Shown one piece after another: positions 8,830-18,765 of a stretch of DNA of 37,535 nt. The translations under genes were made by a program, and so were the position numbers. A model generated the notes under the pieces. It was not told the DNA's origin, did no database searches, and saw nothing but the letters and a program-made list of their open reading frames with translations. The stretch covers positions 1-37,535 of IMG/VR virus record IMGVR_UViG_3300026885_000046; one strand, given 5' to 3'. Within the stretch, counting starts at the first letter, position 1. Every line of letters starts with the position of its first letter.

Positions 8830-11800
8830 CCTATTTCTGCTCCTCATTCCCTTAGGAGTGCAAGCAGTGCAGTCTTTTCTGACATTTTACGTAAACGTTA
8901 TGGACTACGGTACAGTGCTTATGTTGCAGAATCAGAGTAACGTGTTAACGATTTACGAAATTCCGTCTTCCTTCTCCTCAGTGCCGTCGTTCCAAGGAGT
9001 ACAGACTACGGGAAAGGCGTTGGAGGCTGTTGAAAACGTTACATTGAAGAGCGGTGAGGTGGCACTCGTACATGAGTACGGAGTATCGGGCTTTTCGACA
9101 CAGAACTTCATTTACCAATACGTGAACGTACCAGGAATAGTTACATACTCTAACTCCACCACGTCCTATTATTCGTCTTCCACTATCTATGTAACACCAG
9201 ACTACGGCTACCAGTTACAGTTTACCCCGTTGTTCGGCATTCAAAACCAGCCCATAGATAGTGTGGAGTCAACGTCTTGGAGTGTGCTACCTTATTGGCA
9301 AAACGGTCAGTTAGTGATAAACAATCCTTATTCCATATCCGTGACAGTGACCAACTCGCAATCAATCGCTACTCCAGCCCCATTCGACCAGTTCTTAAAC
9401 ATAACAGAGTCACAGATAGCCTCAGCTTTAGGTTCCACTCCCGCATCCCAGTTATGGCAACAAGCAATGTCAGACCATTTCCTCAATTTACTGTTTCAGC
9501 AAAACGGACAAACGCTTTACGCTTGGGTACAAAATTACACTTCTTCATGGGTAGCGGTGTGGGTAAAACTACCTAACGGTATACCTGCGTCATCTTCAGT
9601 GACAATAACCATCGACTTCACGAACTCCATCCAATACCCTTACACTGGGATCTATTCAGCTGTCTACCCAGGTTACGATAACGGTGCAGATGTATTCATT
9701 CAGTACGGCTACTTCGGGAACCAGATACCTAGCGGGTGGACGACAGGCGTATATCAAGGATCTTTCAAACCAACGCCTACAGCGAATGGGCTAGAGATGA
9801 CAAATAATATTGCTAACGAAATGACTTACGTTTATGCATCGTTACCGAATACTAACGATTATACAGTTATCGTTTCGTGGTGGTATAGTGGCACATGTTA
9901 TGCGTTGAACCAGGAGTTATATGGAAACGTCCAATCTGTGACAACGTATTTTACATCATTTGCATCGGGGGGAATTACATTGGCAAGCGTTTTTGGTTTA
10001 AGTCAAATGTATGTTGCTAACGGATCTTATTATGAATCTGTAGGTGCGTTTGACGGTTCTGGTACACATTATGTTACAACATATTTCGCGATCCAGAGTA
10101 ATACCCTATATTATGGATACAGTAATCATAATTCACCGTTCCAGATAACATTACCATCTAGTTTTGGGTCTACTAGTCTAAAAACGAGTAGGAGTGCGCC
10201 GACAGTATTCATAGGTGCGGGATCACCATTCTCTAGTTATTCTGCCTACATATATCTAGATGTGGTGATCGTGATACCGACACCGCCCAATAACGTAATG
10301 CCGTCTATAACAAGTATTTCAACAAGCCTAGTAAGTGCTGGAGGCCAGTATATAGCCTGGGGGTATTCGCCAGTAAGCAACTCTATCAACGTCACCATCC
10401 ACGTTACATCGTTTCCATCAGCAAAGAGTAACGCTAGCATTGCCGTTTACTCGCCTAACGTAGGATACCAATCGACTGACGGTAATACTGGTTTTTACGC
10501 GTTATTTGTTGACTTCTACGGAGGTTCAATATACTTCCACTCCCCGACATCTAATAATTGGGTACAGCTCTACTCTTCTTTACCCCAACCTTCCACAGCA
10601 TACCCGTTCACCTTCACCGTCATCCTGACGGAGAACAGTGCCGGTAACGTCACCGTGTCCACCGTATACATCAACTCAACGGCTTACTCTGTCAATGTAA
10701 ACACTCCGTTCCCCTGGAGCCAGATAGGTTATGTTGGGATAAGGAGCGATGCCAACAACTTATTCTACGTCTCGTACTTCGCCGTATCCCCAGCACCCTA
10801 CGGCGGTGCAGAACAATTCGTGAACGACGCGGAGTCCGCGTCCTGGAAGGTGTTACCTTACTGGCAGAACGGCGAACTAGTAATAAACAGCATTGGGGCA
10901 AGTGCTGGAGGCCAGTATATAGCCTGGAGGTATTCGTCGATAAGGAACGTCATCAACGTTACCATTCACGTGGGAAGCTATCCTTCTAAAAGCACGTACG
11001 CAGGTATAGCGTTTTACAGCACGAGCCTGCAGAACTCCCCCTACTTTATGGTAGCATTTTACACCGGTGCTGTATACTATTTTACTGGCAGTAGTTCCAC
11101 TAGTCTCGCGACGTTCACGACGCCGAACCCTCCGTTCACAATGAGCATAATACTAGTTGAGAACTCTGCCGGTAACGTCACCGTACAAAGCGTCATAATA
11201 AACGGCACAACGACTTACAGCCTCAACACGAACGTGCCGTTCCCGTGGAGCCAGATCGCTTATATAGGGATAAGAAGCGACCCTGGCAACGTCTTCTATG
11301 TCTCATATTTCGGCGTCTCTCCTTTCCAGTACGGTATAGTCAAATACACCATTAATTCGGTCTCGTTACCTTCAATGCCCGATACTTCTTCAGCTACCGT
11401 CTTGATTTCTCAGCTCTCCAACGGCTCTTACGTCCTCCTCGGTATGTATAACGGGACGTGGCACGAGCTTAACCTACCGTTTACCAACCCCAGCGGAAAG
11501 TTCACAATCACGTTCAACCCAGTAGGTCCAGTGAACATAACGTTAAAGTCATCAAACGTCTTATCTTACGGTGCTTTGTTCTCTCCAGGTAACGGTGTGT
11601 TGTTGGAGGCTCAAAACGCTATACCCCCGTCAAACCCGACGAACTGGGAACCGTTAAGCTATGTGGGTACCAACGGAGAAGTAGGAGGAGGTGCTGATCC
11701 CACTTCACCTCAGTTCACTCCAGCTACACTTAACAGCATAAACTATTACCAGGGTGGTGCAATAGCAACAACGGATTGGGGTACCACGAACTTCACATAT

Positions 11801-12796
11801 TATGCCGTATCATTAGGACAAAGACCCCCAACGACGTCTGAGAATTACGTTACTGTCGGTACAGGTTTCACATCAGGTTGGGCTAATGCACCTTCTGGCT
11901 ATTACTCCTTCCAAAACGGGTTCATTGACATGGTATACATAGAGAACAACAGTATTGCGATATCACAGACCCCACCGTCTGTCTCTTCGATGTTGTTCTT
12001 CTTCGACCCCACATACATCACACAACAAGGTCAGTACATAAACCCCTTCACGAACCAGACCTACCAACTGACCGGCTCCCTAACTAGGGAAGTTAACGAC
12101 ATCGGTGTCATGACGTTCCTCAAACCAGGCATCACAAACCCCGTGGTTTATGTCCCGCCTTTCACGGAAGTAATCGTGAGGAACTCCACTAGCTCACAGA
12201 TATTCATAAATTACGAGACGTTCCCCTACCAGACTGCGACGTTAGCACCCGGCAATTACCAGATCACGGTCATCCTACTTTACACAGCTTATTCATTCGT
12301 TTTGATAAACTGGCAGGGCTGGAACGTGACTATTTATGAGAACGGGCAACCGATGATAATAAACGACCCGGTGACGCAACAAATACAGCCATTCGACACA
12401 CAAGGACTCCTATCTGCACAAGTTGTAGTAAACCCCAACACGAAAGTGTTGACCATTTACCTTCAGCCCCTCTCCTCTGGCGTAGGTTCTTATTCACCTA
12501 AGGAGATAGGGTTCCCGAAACCAGAACCGCAATTGATACTCCCGTTATCACAACAAACACCGTTTAGTCTGTCAACGCTTACAGTAAGCGGTATAGTTAC
12601 AGTGGCAATGGTCTTAGGAGTAGTGATCGCGTTAGCAAGGGCTAACCAAGACCTGTTAGGAAGTATAGCCGCAGGAGGTGCTGTAGTCGCTGTAGTAGGG
12701 ATCATAATACACCTCATACCGGTGGTCTTTATAGGGTCGGTCCTAGTTATAATATCAACGACATATAGGTTTGCAAGGAGGAGCAGTCAGTCATGA
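8804..12796 (+). CDS. Large secreted, C-terminally anchored beta-rich glycoprotein (adhesin/receptor-binding candidate; lectin-like repeats and DUF2341-like insert)
   Basis: Signal peptide MKKFLIL..., S/T/Y/N-rich, many sequons, C-terminal TM helices; LYAWVQNY..VAVWVKLP resembles DUF2341. Confidence 0.8.
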   Translation: MKKFLILSSLFLLLIPLGVQAVQSFLTFYVNVMDYGTVLMLQNQSNVLTIYEIPSSFSSVPSFQGVQTTGKALEAVENVTLKSGEVALVHEYGVSGFSTQNFIYQYVNVPGIVTYSNSTTSYYSSSTIYVTPDYGYQLQFTPLFGIQNQPIDSVESTSWSVLPYWQNGQLVINNPYSISVTVTNSQSIATPAPFDQFLNITESQIASALGSTPASQLWQQAMSDHFLNLLFQQNGQTLYAWVQNYTSSWVAVWVKLPNGIPASSSVTITIDFTNSIQYPYTGIYSAVYPGYDNGADVFIQYGYFGNQIPSGWTTGVYQGSFKPTPTANGLEMTNNIANEMTYVYASLPNTNDYTVIVSWWYSGTCYALNQELYGNVQSVTTYFTSFASGGITLASVFGLSQMYVANGSYYESVGAFDGSGTHYVTTYFAIQSNTLYYGYSNHNSPFQITLPSSFGSTSLKTSRSAPTVFIGAGSPFSSYSAYIYLDVVIVIPTPPNNVMPSITSISTSLVSAGGQYIAWGYSPVSNSINVTIHVTSFPSAKSNASIAVYSPNVGYQSTDGNTGFYALFVDFYGGSIYFHSPTSNNWVQLYSSLPQPSTAYPFTFTVILTENSAGNVTVSTVYINSTAYSVNVNTPFPWSQIGYVGIRSDANNLFYVSYFAVSPAPYGGAEQFVNDAESASWKVLPYWQNGELVINSIGASAGGQYIAWRYSSIRNVINVTIHVGSYPSKSTYAGIAFYSTSLQNSPYFMVAFYTGAVYYFTGSSSTSLATFTTPNPPFTMSIILVENSAGNVTVQSVIINGTTTYSLNTNVPFPWSQIAYIGIRSDPGNVFYVSYFGVSPFQYGIVKYTINSVSLPSMPDTSSATVLISQLSNGSYVLLGMYNGTWHELNLPFTNPSGKFTITFNPVGPVNITLKSSNVLSYGALFSPGNGVLLEAQNAIPPSNPTNWEPLSYVGTNGEVGGGADPTSPQFTPATLNSINYYQGGAIATTDWGTTNFTYYAVSLGQRPPTTSENYVTVGTGFTSGWANAPSGYYSFQNGFIDMVYIENNSIAISQTPPSVSSMLFFFDPTYITQQGQYINPFTNQTYQLTGSLTREVNDIGVMTFLKPGITNPVVYVPPFTEVIVRNSTSSQIFINYETFPYQTATLAPGNYQITVILLYTAYSFVLINWQGWNVTIYENGQPMIINDPVTQQIQPFDTQGLLSAQVVVNPNTKVLTIYLQPLSSGVGSYSPKEIGFPKPEPQLILPLSQQTPFSLSTLTVSGIVTVAMVLGVVIALARANQDLLGSIAAGGAVVAVVGIIIHLIPVVFIGSVLVIISTTYRFARRSSQS

Positions 12797-13062
12797 GGTT
12801 CATCACTTACGTCCTCTTAATATTTATAATAGGTATTATAGCGGCAGTTCTCAACCTCATCGAAGGTATATATTACGGTCTTGCGGTGCCGACACTGAGT
12901 AGCGTCAAGATAGATAACATAAGCGTGAAAATGCCCAGTAACCCTATACCGTTCGCCAATAATATCGTTGACGTCCTAGTACTGCTGATAGGCATGCTCG
13001 TCCTCATGATACTGATATACGTTGTAAAGATATTGAGGGAGAGTAGCCCTTACGGACCGTGA
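12793..13062 (+). CDS. Small two-TM protein, minor capsid/pilin-like candidate
   Basis: 89 aa, helical-hairpin hydrophobicity pattern, ATGA overlap. Confidence 0.7.
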   Translation: MRFITYVLLIFIIGIIAAVLNLIEGIYYGLAVPTLSSVKIDNISVKMPSNPIPFANNIVDVLVLLIGMLVLMILIYVVKILRESSPYGP

Positions 13063-13125
13063 TTAGGGGGATACCCCCTAAGACCCCCAATGCTAGTGGG
13101 GGACACCCCACACCCCCAATTCTAA
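13063..13125. repeat. REP-like element, copy 2
   Basis: TTAGGGGGATACCCCCTAAGACCCCCAATGCTAGTGGGGGACACCCCACACCCCCAAT. Confidence 0.9.
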
Positions 13126-13158
13126 TTTATTTTTTAACTTTACCTCCTACTTCTTCTT

Positions 13159-13791
13159 ATGAAAAGGCTGTTATTACTGCTTTTAGTCCCTCTCATGGCG
13201 TCTCTGTTAGTAGTAGCAACGACAGGCGGTGCTGTTTTAGACTGGTCGGACGGTAGTGCCGTTGTAACAATACAGCCACTTTCAGAGACCGTCATAGACG
13301 GTTATGTTGTCAACGCTTTTTATAACGGCTCTAATCAAGTAGTCCTCTTAGCTGAACCCTACTACCAAGGTCAGAACTTACAACAAGTTACGTTCTCTCT
13401 TTACGATTATTACACGCATCAATTGATCGGTAACTACACATTACAAGACAACTACACCGTTGTAAGAGTACCATCTAATATAACCGTTATCTTCATTTAC
13501 TTCGATAGTCAGCAATTCGGACCGTTCTACATAACGACAAACGGTGGGAATTATGCACCTCCACTCCTTGAACAAATGCTGATGTACGTAATTCCGTTAT
13601 CTTCAGTAGCTTTGTTCGGACTTAGGGCAGGTCTGAGAAACGTAGGACTAGGGTTAATAGTGTCGTCAGTGTTTACGACAGCGGAAATGGTAGCACTTGG
13701 TGTCTCAAACCCGTGGCTATATGCTATACCTACATTGGAGGTGATGTTTGCCATCATACTGTTATGGCATAGCGTTCAAACGTCAGGTTAG
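13159..13791 (+). CDS. Membrane protein with signal peptide and C-terminal TMs
   Basis: Hydrophobicity pattern; T-rich promoter at 13126-13137. Confidence 0.8.
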   Translation: MKRLLLLLLVPLMASLLVVATTGGAVLDWSDGSAVVTIQPLSETVIDGYVVNAFYNGSNQVVLLAEPYYQGQNLQQVTFSLYDYYTHQLIGNYTLQDNYTVVRVPSNITVIFIYFDSQQFGPFYITTNGGNYAPPLLEQMLMYVIPLSSVALFGLRAGLRNVGLGLIVSSVFTTAEMVALGVSNPWLYAIPTLEVMFAIILLWHSVQTSG

Positions 13792-13819
13792 TCAAGGGAA
13801 AGTTAACAAAACGTCTCTT

Positions 13820-13886
13820 TGGGGGAATATACCTATATGGGGCAAACTTAAAGACCCTTCGGACACCCCCACACCCTCAATGCTAA
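13820..13886. repeat. REP-like element, copy 3 (degenerate)
   Basis: Shares AAACTTAAAGACCCTTCGGACACCCCCACACC with copy 6. Confidence 0.8.
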
Positions 13887-13917
13887 GATTTTTCTTATTT
13901 AACACTCTTTTTCTTTC

Positions 13918-14661
13918 ATGACAACTACAACACTCCCTCCACCGGTAACAGTTCCTGCCCTATCGTCACCATCAACAGTCGTATCGTCTTTTTCACCTGA
14001 CATCCTCGAATACGTTATGATTGCAGTCTTCGCAGGAGTGATAATTTACATTGCGTATAAACTCTTCCGTAAACCAAGTTACCGCTACTGGTTAAGGCTT
14101 ATTGACGGTAACGAAGAAAGGGAGATACCCTTAACAAGGGTTGATGAGGTCAACTTCGTCAGTGTGAGGGGGAATATACGCGTATACAAAGACCCCACAG
14201 TGAAGATGATTAAGAGCGGGAGGAGGTACATCCTTTACGGTTGGGGTATACAGCCCTACTACATAGCAAAGGACCCGCAAACGCTCGTCAACGTCGGGAT
14301 CCGCGACTTGATCCTAAGGATTGGAAACAGGGAGATAAAGTTCGACGGTACGTGGAAGTCGATTATTGACTACTATACTTACCTGATAAAAAGTAGGATT
14401 GACACCATGAGAGAGCTTACCCTTGATACTAACACACAGCTCGTTATAGCAGTTGATTATCCCAATATATTCAAGAACTCCGTTGAGGACTTACTCCACA
14501 CTAACGTAAAGCACTCACTGAGACAATTAGAGGAAATAGTAAACATAGAGAAGAACGTAACGGCTACAAAGTCTACGGACTTCTCATGGATGAGGTGGCT
14601 CATAATAGCGTTCATGATAATGGGTGTATTCCTGTTAGCCTTATCGGTGATACATAAATGA
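13918..14661 (+). CDS. Membrane protein, two TMs flanking a soluble domain
   Basis: 247-aa ORF coupled by ATGA overlap to the AAA ATPase. Confidence 0.8.
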   Translation: MTTTTLPPPVTVPALSSPSTVVSSFSPDILEYVMIAVFAGVIIYIAYKLFRKPSYRYWLRLIDGNEEREIPLTRVDEVNFVSVRGNIRVYKDPTVKMIKSGRRYILYGWGIQPYYIAKDPQTLVNVGIRDLILRIGNREIKFDGTWKSIIDYYTYLIKSRIDTMRELTLDTNTQLVIAVDYPNIFKNSVEDLLHTNVKHSLRQLEEIVNIEKNVTATKSTDFSWMRWLIIAFMIMGVFLLALSVIHK

Positions 14662-15965
14662 TCTGCAGAAAAGTCGTGAGGAACTCCTCAACGGAAGTAC
14701 TCAGGAGACCTATCAATTGTAACGAAATCGCCCCTTACACCGACGTTAAAACAGTGGGAGAAGTCAAAGTGGAGGAGAGTAAAGACTACATAGTCGTTAC
14801 CGCAGATGACGTATACGTTTACCCAAAAAGTGTGTGGGAACGAATACAGTTTTACGTTGACTATTTCAGAAAAAGCAGTGTCTTCCCAAATCCCGGTTTA
14901 CTCTTTACGGGACCTCCCGGGACCGGGAAAACAACACTGTCAAGAATAATCACCGAAATGTTGGGGTTGGACAGAGTTTTCTTCAATTTCGCTGAAGTCT
15001 TAGGACCCTACGTCGGACAAAGTGAAAAGGGTTTTCAAGCGAAAATCGACGAAGCTATGAGATCACGCCCTTCTGCCCTCATAATCGATGAGGCGGACAC
15101 TTTACTCATGCAAAGAGAAATCATGATACAAAGGATAGGTGTCTCGTCTGCAGACATTAACATTAAGTCGATGCTACTCGATACGATGTCTAGAATGAGG
15201 GAAAGTGACGTGTTATTTATTGCAATAACTAACATTTCACCTTCCCTTATTGACAGTGCGTTGAAGAGAGAGGGCCGTTTCGGTGAACCAGTCTACGTTC
15301 CAGTGCCTACTAAAGACGCGATAGAAATACTCATAGAGAGGAAGTTCCCGCAATTCCTCGATAGACGGGAAGAATTAGCCTCAAAATTAGCGTCATCAAT
15401 GCAGAACTTTGCCAATATAGTGTCCTACTTGAAAAGGTTACAATACGGCATAGACAGACTGCCTGAGGAATCACTTCGCGGTTACAGGATAATTTACGTT
15501 AAGAAACCGTACAGTGACAGGAGGCTTGAGAGGTTCTTTTCCTCACTTGACTACCCTGAGCTTTACTTTGTGAAGGCAAACCCGGACCTAGCAATACCCG
15601 TACTTGCAGCTTATTTCGTTTCTGTCGGCAAAGGGAACGTAGTAGTTTATAACGCAAAGGGGCTAGAAGAGGCGATAAAGGTGGCTGAAACATATAACGC
15701 CGTACTCATCGTAGATGAGAGGAGCGGGATACCGATAAAAGAACTGTTTCGCGTTGCAAACGTCCCGATTGTCGTTGTCGGAGACAACGTTACGGCAAAG
15801 GAAACCTTCCATGTGGACGAGTACAACGAAGACATGATAAACATCATCTTTAGTGCGTATAACATCAGGGTGACACCGAGGAGGTATACCTTGTCCGACC
15901 TGGAAAGGATCGTTTACCATTGTAAGGGGGGCGACGAGCAATGCGTAAAGAAGTTGAGAGAGTAG
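14658..15965 (+). CDS. Classical AAA ATPase (CDC48/Vps4-like) with a degenerate second module
   Basis: Walker A GPPGTGKT, pore loop YVGQSE, Walker B LIIDEAD, SRH TN...IDSALKREGRF. Confidence 0.9.
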   Translation: MICRKVVRNSSTEVLRRPINCNEIAPYTDVKTVGEVKVEESKDYIVVTADDVYVYPKSVWERIQFYVDYFRKSSVFPNPGLLFTGPPGTGKTTLSRIITEMLGLDRVFFNFAEVLGPYVGQSEKGFQAKIDEAMRSRPSALIIDEADTLLMQREIMIQRIGVSSADINIKSMLLDTMSRMRESDVLFIAITNISPSLIDSALKREGRFGEPVYVPVPTKDAIEILIERKFPQFLDRREELASKLASSMQNFANIVSYLKRLQYGIDRLPEESLRGYRIIYVKKPYSDRRLERFFSSLDYPELYFVKANPDLAIPVLAAYFVSVGKGNVVVYNAKGLEEAIKVAETYNAVLIVDERSGIPIKELFRVANVPIVVVGDNVTAKETFHVDEYNEDMINIIFSAYNIRVTPRRYTLSDLERIVYHCKGGDEQCVKKLRE

Positions 15966-17017
15966 TCGTATTTTTAGGGGCTTTGGCATTTACCAACGGT
16001 ATATTATCCTTAGAAGTGGGCTCCCTCGTAATATACCTATTTTATATACTAGGCCTAGTTTTTACTTTTCTCTACTTAGTAAAAGATGACAGGAGGTTTG
16101 CCGACTTACTGGTGCTCTTTACTTTTGTTGCCACATTTACTGCCGTCTCTGTATACAGAGTCCCATCACAAACCGATGAGGAAAGTCTGGTGTTATATGC
16201 AGCATATCTTTTCAGACACGGGGTTAACCCCTATACGGCTAACCTCATCAACGCTTACAAGATGTTTCCCGTAGCCGAACCCGTCGTTACTGCTACACTT
16301 ACTCCCAGTTATTACGTTAACGTGTTCGGTTACCCTGCGTTGTATTTCGAGATAGCTTCCGTTATTTACCCTCAGGTCGCTACACTTGTTACGGCGTTTC
16401 TGCTTTACCTCTTTCTGAGGTGGAAGGGCAAGGAGAAGTTGTTCTTTATTGTTATGTTGATAGAAGGGAGTTACTCAGCTTTCACCGGTGGTACGTTTGA
16501 CATAATATCACTAGCTATAGCGATTGTAGCAGTTACGACGAAAGGTTGGGTCAGGACAGCACTTATGGCGTTAAGCGGTGACATTAAGCAGTACACATTG
16601 CTTTACTTACCGTTTATATGGAAGGACGTAGTTAGGGGGGTACCCCCTAAAACCCCCAATGCTAAAGAATTAACAAAGAACGTAATCATACCGCTAACCG
16701 TTTTTCTTATCCCAAACTTACCCTTCATCTCGTTAAGGTGGGTTTTTGATGTGTTAGGACCTATCACGCAACCCATAGCAAACCAAGGTACTTCACTCAG
16801 TTTGTTAACTATGATAGGCGTACCCATTCCGCATATTGCGTATACTGTCGCTTTCCTGACGCTCTATGTTGCATTGTTAGTACTGTACAAACCTAACACT
16901 AAGTGGAAGTGGACCCTCCCGGCTTTTATCTGGCTCGTGAGCTGGAGGGACTTAAACTATTTCTTATTCTACATCACAATATGGGTGAGCAGTTATGAAC
17001 TGGAAAGTGACATTTAG
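15941..17017 (+). CDS. Polytopic membrane protein, GT-C (GT87/PIG-M-like) glycosyltransferase candidate
   Basis: QTDE acidic loop, GVNPY, YPAL and IKQY motifs with many TMs. Confidence 0.65.
   Translation: MRKEVERVVVFLGALAFTNGILSLEVGSLVIYLFYILGLVFTFLYLVKDDRRFADLLVLFTFVATFTAVSVYRVPSQTDEESLVLYAAYLFRHGVNPYTANLINAYKMFPVAEPVVTATLTPSYYVNVFGYPALYFEIASVIYPQVATLVTAFLLYLFLRWKGKEKLFFIVMLIEGSYSAFTGGTFDIISLAIAIVAVTTKGWVRTALMALSGDIKQYTLLYLPFIWKDVVRGVPPKTPNAKELTKNVIIPLTVFLIPNLPFISLRWVFDVLGPITQPIANQGTSLSLLTMIGVPIPHIAYTVAFLTLYVALLVLYKPNTKWKWTLPAFIWLVSWRDLNYFLFYITIWVSSYELESDI
16632..16665. repeat. REP-like element, copy 4, in-frame inside a CDS
   Basis: TTAGGGGGGTACCCCCTAAAACCCCCAATGCTAA, read as RGVPPKTPNAK. 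Confidence 0.9.
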
Positions 17018-17747
17018 AGGGGTACTCCCTAGTGGGGGACATCACCGCACTCCCATTGCTATTATATTTTTAATCAGTCTCATTGTACTCGAAATTCTCG
17101 CAATCTCTTTATTGTGGAAACCGACGTTACCACTGACGGTCTACATCGTGAAAGTCTACGACGTCGGTGATGTAGGGTACTGGGACGTAGTGTGTTTGAA
17201 CGTCACCAACCACGGAAACTCTGCAATTCACCCTATTTTCCTACTTAACGAATTCGGTAGTGAAAAGAGGTGGGTCGTTTTGAGCCAAATCATTCCATAT
17301 GTGCCGTATAATTGCACGTTACCCGTTATTCCGCCTCACTCATCTCGTTTAATCAACATCTCTGCACCGTCGCCCCTTTACTTCATACCGCCTTTTACAC
17401 CGATTTATGTTCAAGTCTACTCAGGGTTCAACTTCGTAAACTCCCCAGTTTACATAACACCTAATATAACTAGACCTCCTATTACCAACCCGAACTTTAC
17501 CGTTCTATATTATAGCGGGAAGTATAACGAGGAGTTGCCGTGGGGTTGGTACGTCGAACTCACTCCGGGGACTAAACTTTCCTATCACGACGGTGTTATT
17601 GTAAACGGTACAGCGATATTTTATCAACCGGTTCTTGACGCGAATGTGACCGTAATCGGCTATAACGTATATTACACGGTCTCCGGCAATACATTGTTCA
17701 TTTACGTCCATGACGGTTATGTAAGAGGTGTCGTAGTTGGGTCGTGA
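16995..17747 (+). CDS. Membrane-anchored extracellular beta-rich protein
   Basis: N-terminal TM, sequons, Y/P/V-rich. Confidence 0.75.
   Translation: MNWKVTFRGVLPSGGHHRTPIAIIFLISLIVLEILAISLLWKPTLPLTVYIVKVYDVGDVGYWDVVCLNVTNHGNSAIHPIFLLNEFGSEKRWVVLSQIIPYVPYNCTLPVIPPHSSRLINISAPSPLYFIPPFTPIYVQVYSGFNFVNSPVYITPNITRPPITNPNFTVLYYSGKYNEELPWGWYVELTPGTKLSYHDGVIVNGTAIFYQPVLDANVTVIGYNVYYTVSGNTLFIYVHDGYVRGVVVGS
17014..17061. repeat. REP-like element, copy 5 (degenerate, at a gene junction)
   Basis: TTAGAGGGGTACTCCCTAGTGGGGGACATCACCGCACTCCCATTGCTA. Confidence 0.65.
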
Positions 17748-18069
17748 AATATGTGAGAAATTTGTGGATGACATCATCAAGAAAGCAAAGAGCAAAATAT
17801 ACTATTTTAGTGACAGAAAGAACGGGTTTTACAGTTACTATGGTATACAAGCTAAAAAGTTAAAGTACTTCATTGAAGATGATGAAGAGATAGTGAGACT
17901 GTGCGAAAAGAAATACGACACGCTGGAAATGTGCGTATCAAAACTCCTAAATTATTGTGCGGAGAGAGAAAACTACCAACCGGCGATTTACATTTACGGT
18001 AGGATATTCTTTAATAAACCGATAAACATAGATGAACTTAAGAGGTTGGTACAAAATGTTAGGAGATGA
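17737..18069 (+). CDS. Hypothetical protein
   Basis: 110-aa ORF overlapping both neighbours. Confidence 0.65.
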   Translation: MGREICEKFVDDIIKKAKSKIYYFSDRKNGFYSYYGIQAKKLKYFIEDDEEIVRLCEKKYDTLEMCVSKLLNYCAERENYQPAIYIYGRIFFNKPINIDELKRLVQNVRR

Positions 18070-18397
18070 GTTGATCGTTACATTATCGATAGATTTTATT
18101 GCGTTGTCGATCCAGTTGTACCTCATCAACAAGGATACACCGATTTACCTTGACGCTCTAATTACGATCTTTCTGGCGATTTTCAACTTCACTTCATACT
18201 TAAACGGCGTAATCTACGTTGCAGGTGAGAACGAGACGAAGTTAAACAATTCGACAGTTATAATAACACCAGTTTATAAGCCCGACCCCTTTGCCCCCCT
18301 CTTCATGATAGGGTTCGTCATAACGATAGTGTCGGCTTTCCTGTTGATAATAAAAATATTTACGAAAAAAGAGAGTTCGTTTGAATTATTCTCTTAA
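18056..18397 (+). CDS. Three-TM membrane protein
   Basis: Track ORF 18032..18397; internal ATG (MLGDEL) likely. Confidence 0.7.
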   Translation: MLGDELIVTLSIDFIALSIQLYLINKDTPIYLDALITIFLAIFNFTSYLNGVIYVAGENETKLNNSTVIITPVYKPDPFAPLFMIGFVITIVSAFLLIIKIFTKKESSFELFS

Positions 18398-18601
18398 CAC
18401 TTTTTCTAATTGAGAACCACAGTACGTGGTATCTAAATGCCTCTGTAGAAAGAACACGTTTTTAAACTGTTGACCACATATGGGACATTTTTTCTCCTTT
18501 ACCGACCCTAACAAGTCAACATTCTTCTTTTCAGCAGTTAGGATCAGCCATCTCATTCCCAGTAATTTCTTATACCTGGAAACCACGTAAAACTCTTTCA
18601 T
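18386..18601 (-). CDS. C2H2/C2HC zinc-finger protein
   Basis: CPICGQQFKNVFFLQRHLDTTYC; TTTTAAA box upstream. Confidence 0.8.
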   Translation of the reverse strand: MKEFYVVSRYKKLLGMRWLILTAEKKNVDLLGSVKEKKCPICGQQFKNVFFLQRHLDTTYCGSQLEKVLRE

Positions 18602-18640
18602 TATATAATGAATTCACAACTCGGTTTAAAACTTTTATTA

Positions 18641-18734
18641 TTAGGGGGATACCCCCTAGTGGGGGAAACTTAAAGACCCTTCGGACACCCCCACACCTCC
18701 ATCAGGGGACGCCCCCTAAGACCCCCAATGCTAA
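18641..18734. repeat. REP-like element, copy 6
   Basis: TTAGGGGGATACCCCCTAGTGGGGG...CCCCCACACC...AGGGGACGCCCCCTAAGACCCCCAATGCTAA. Confidence 0.9.
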
Positions 18735-18765
18735 TATTTTTATTATTAAACAGAGACGTATATCT

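Noticed and set aside
13059-13256. 65-aa ORF MIRGIPPKTP...
   Set aside because: Reads through a palindromic element and a promoter and overlaps a better gene
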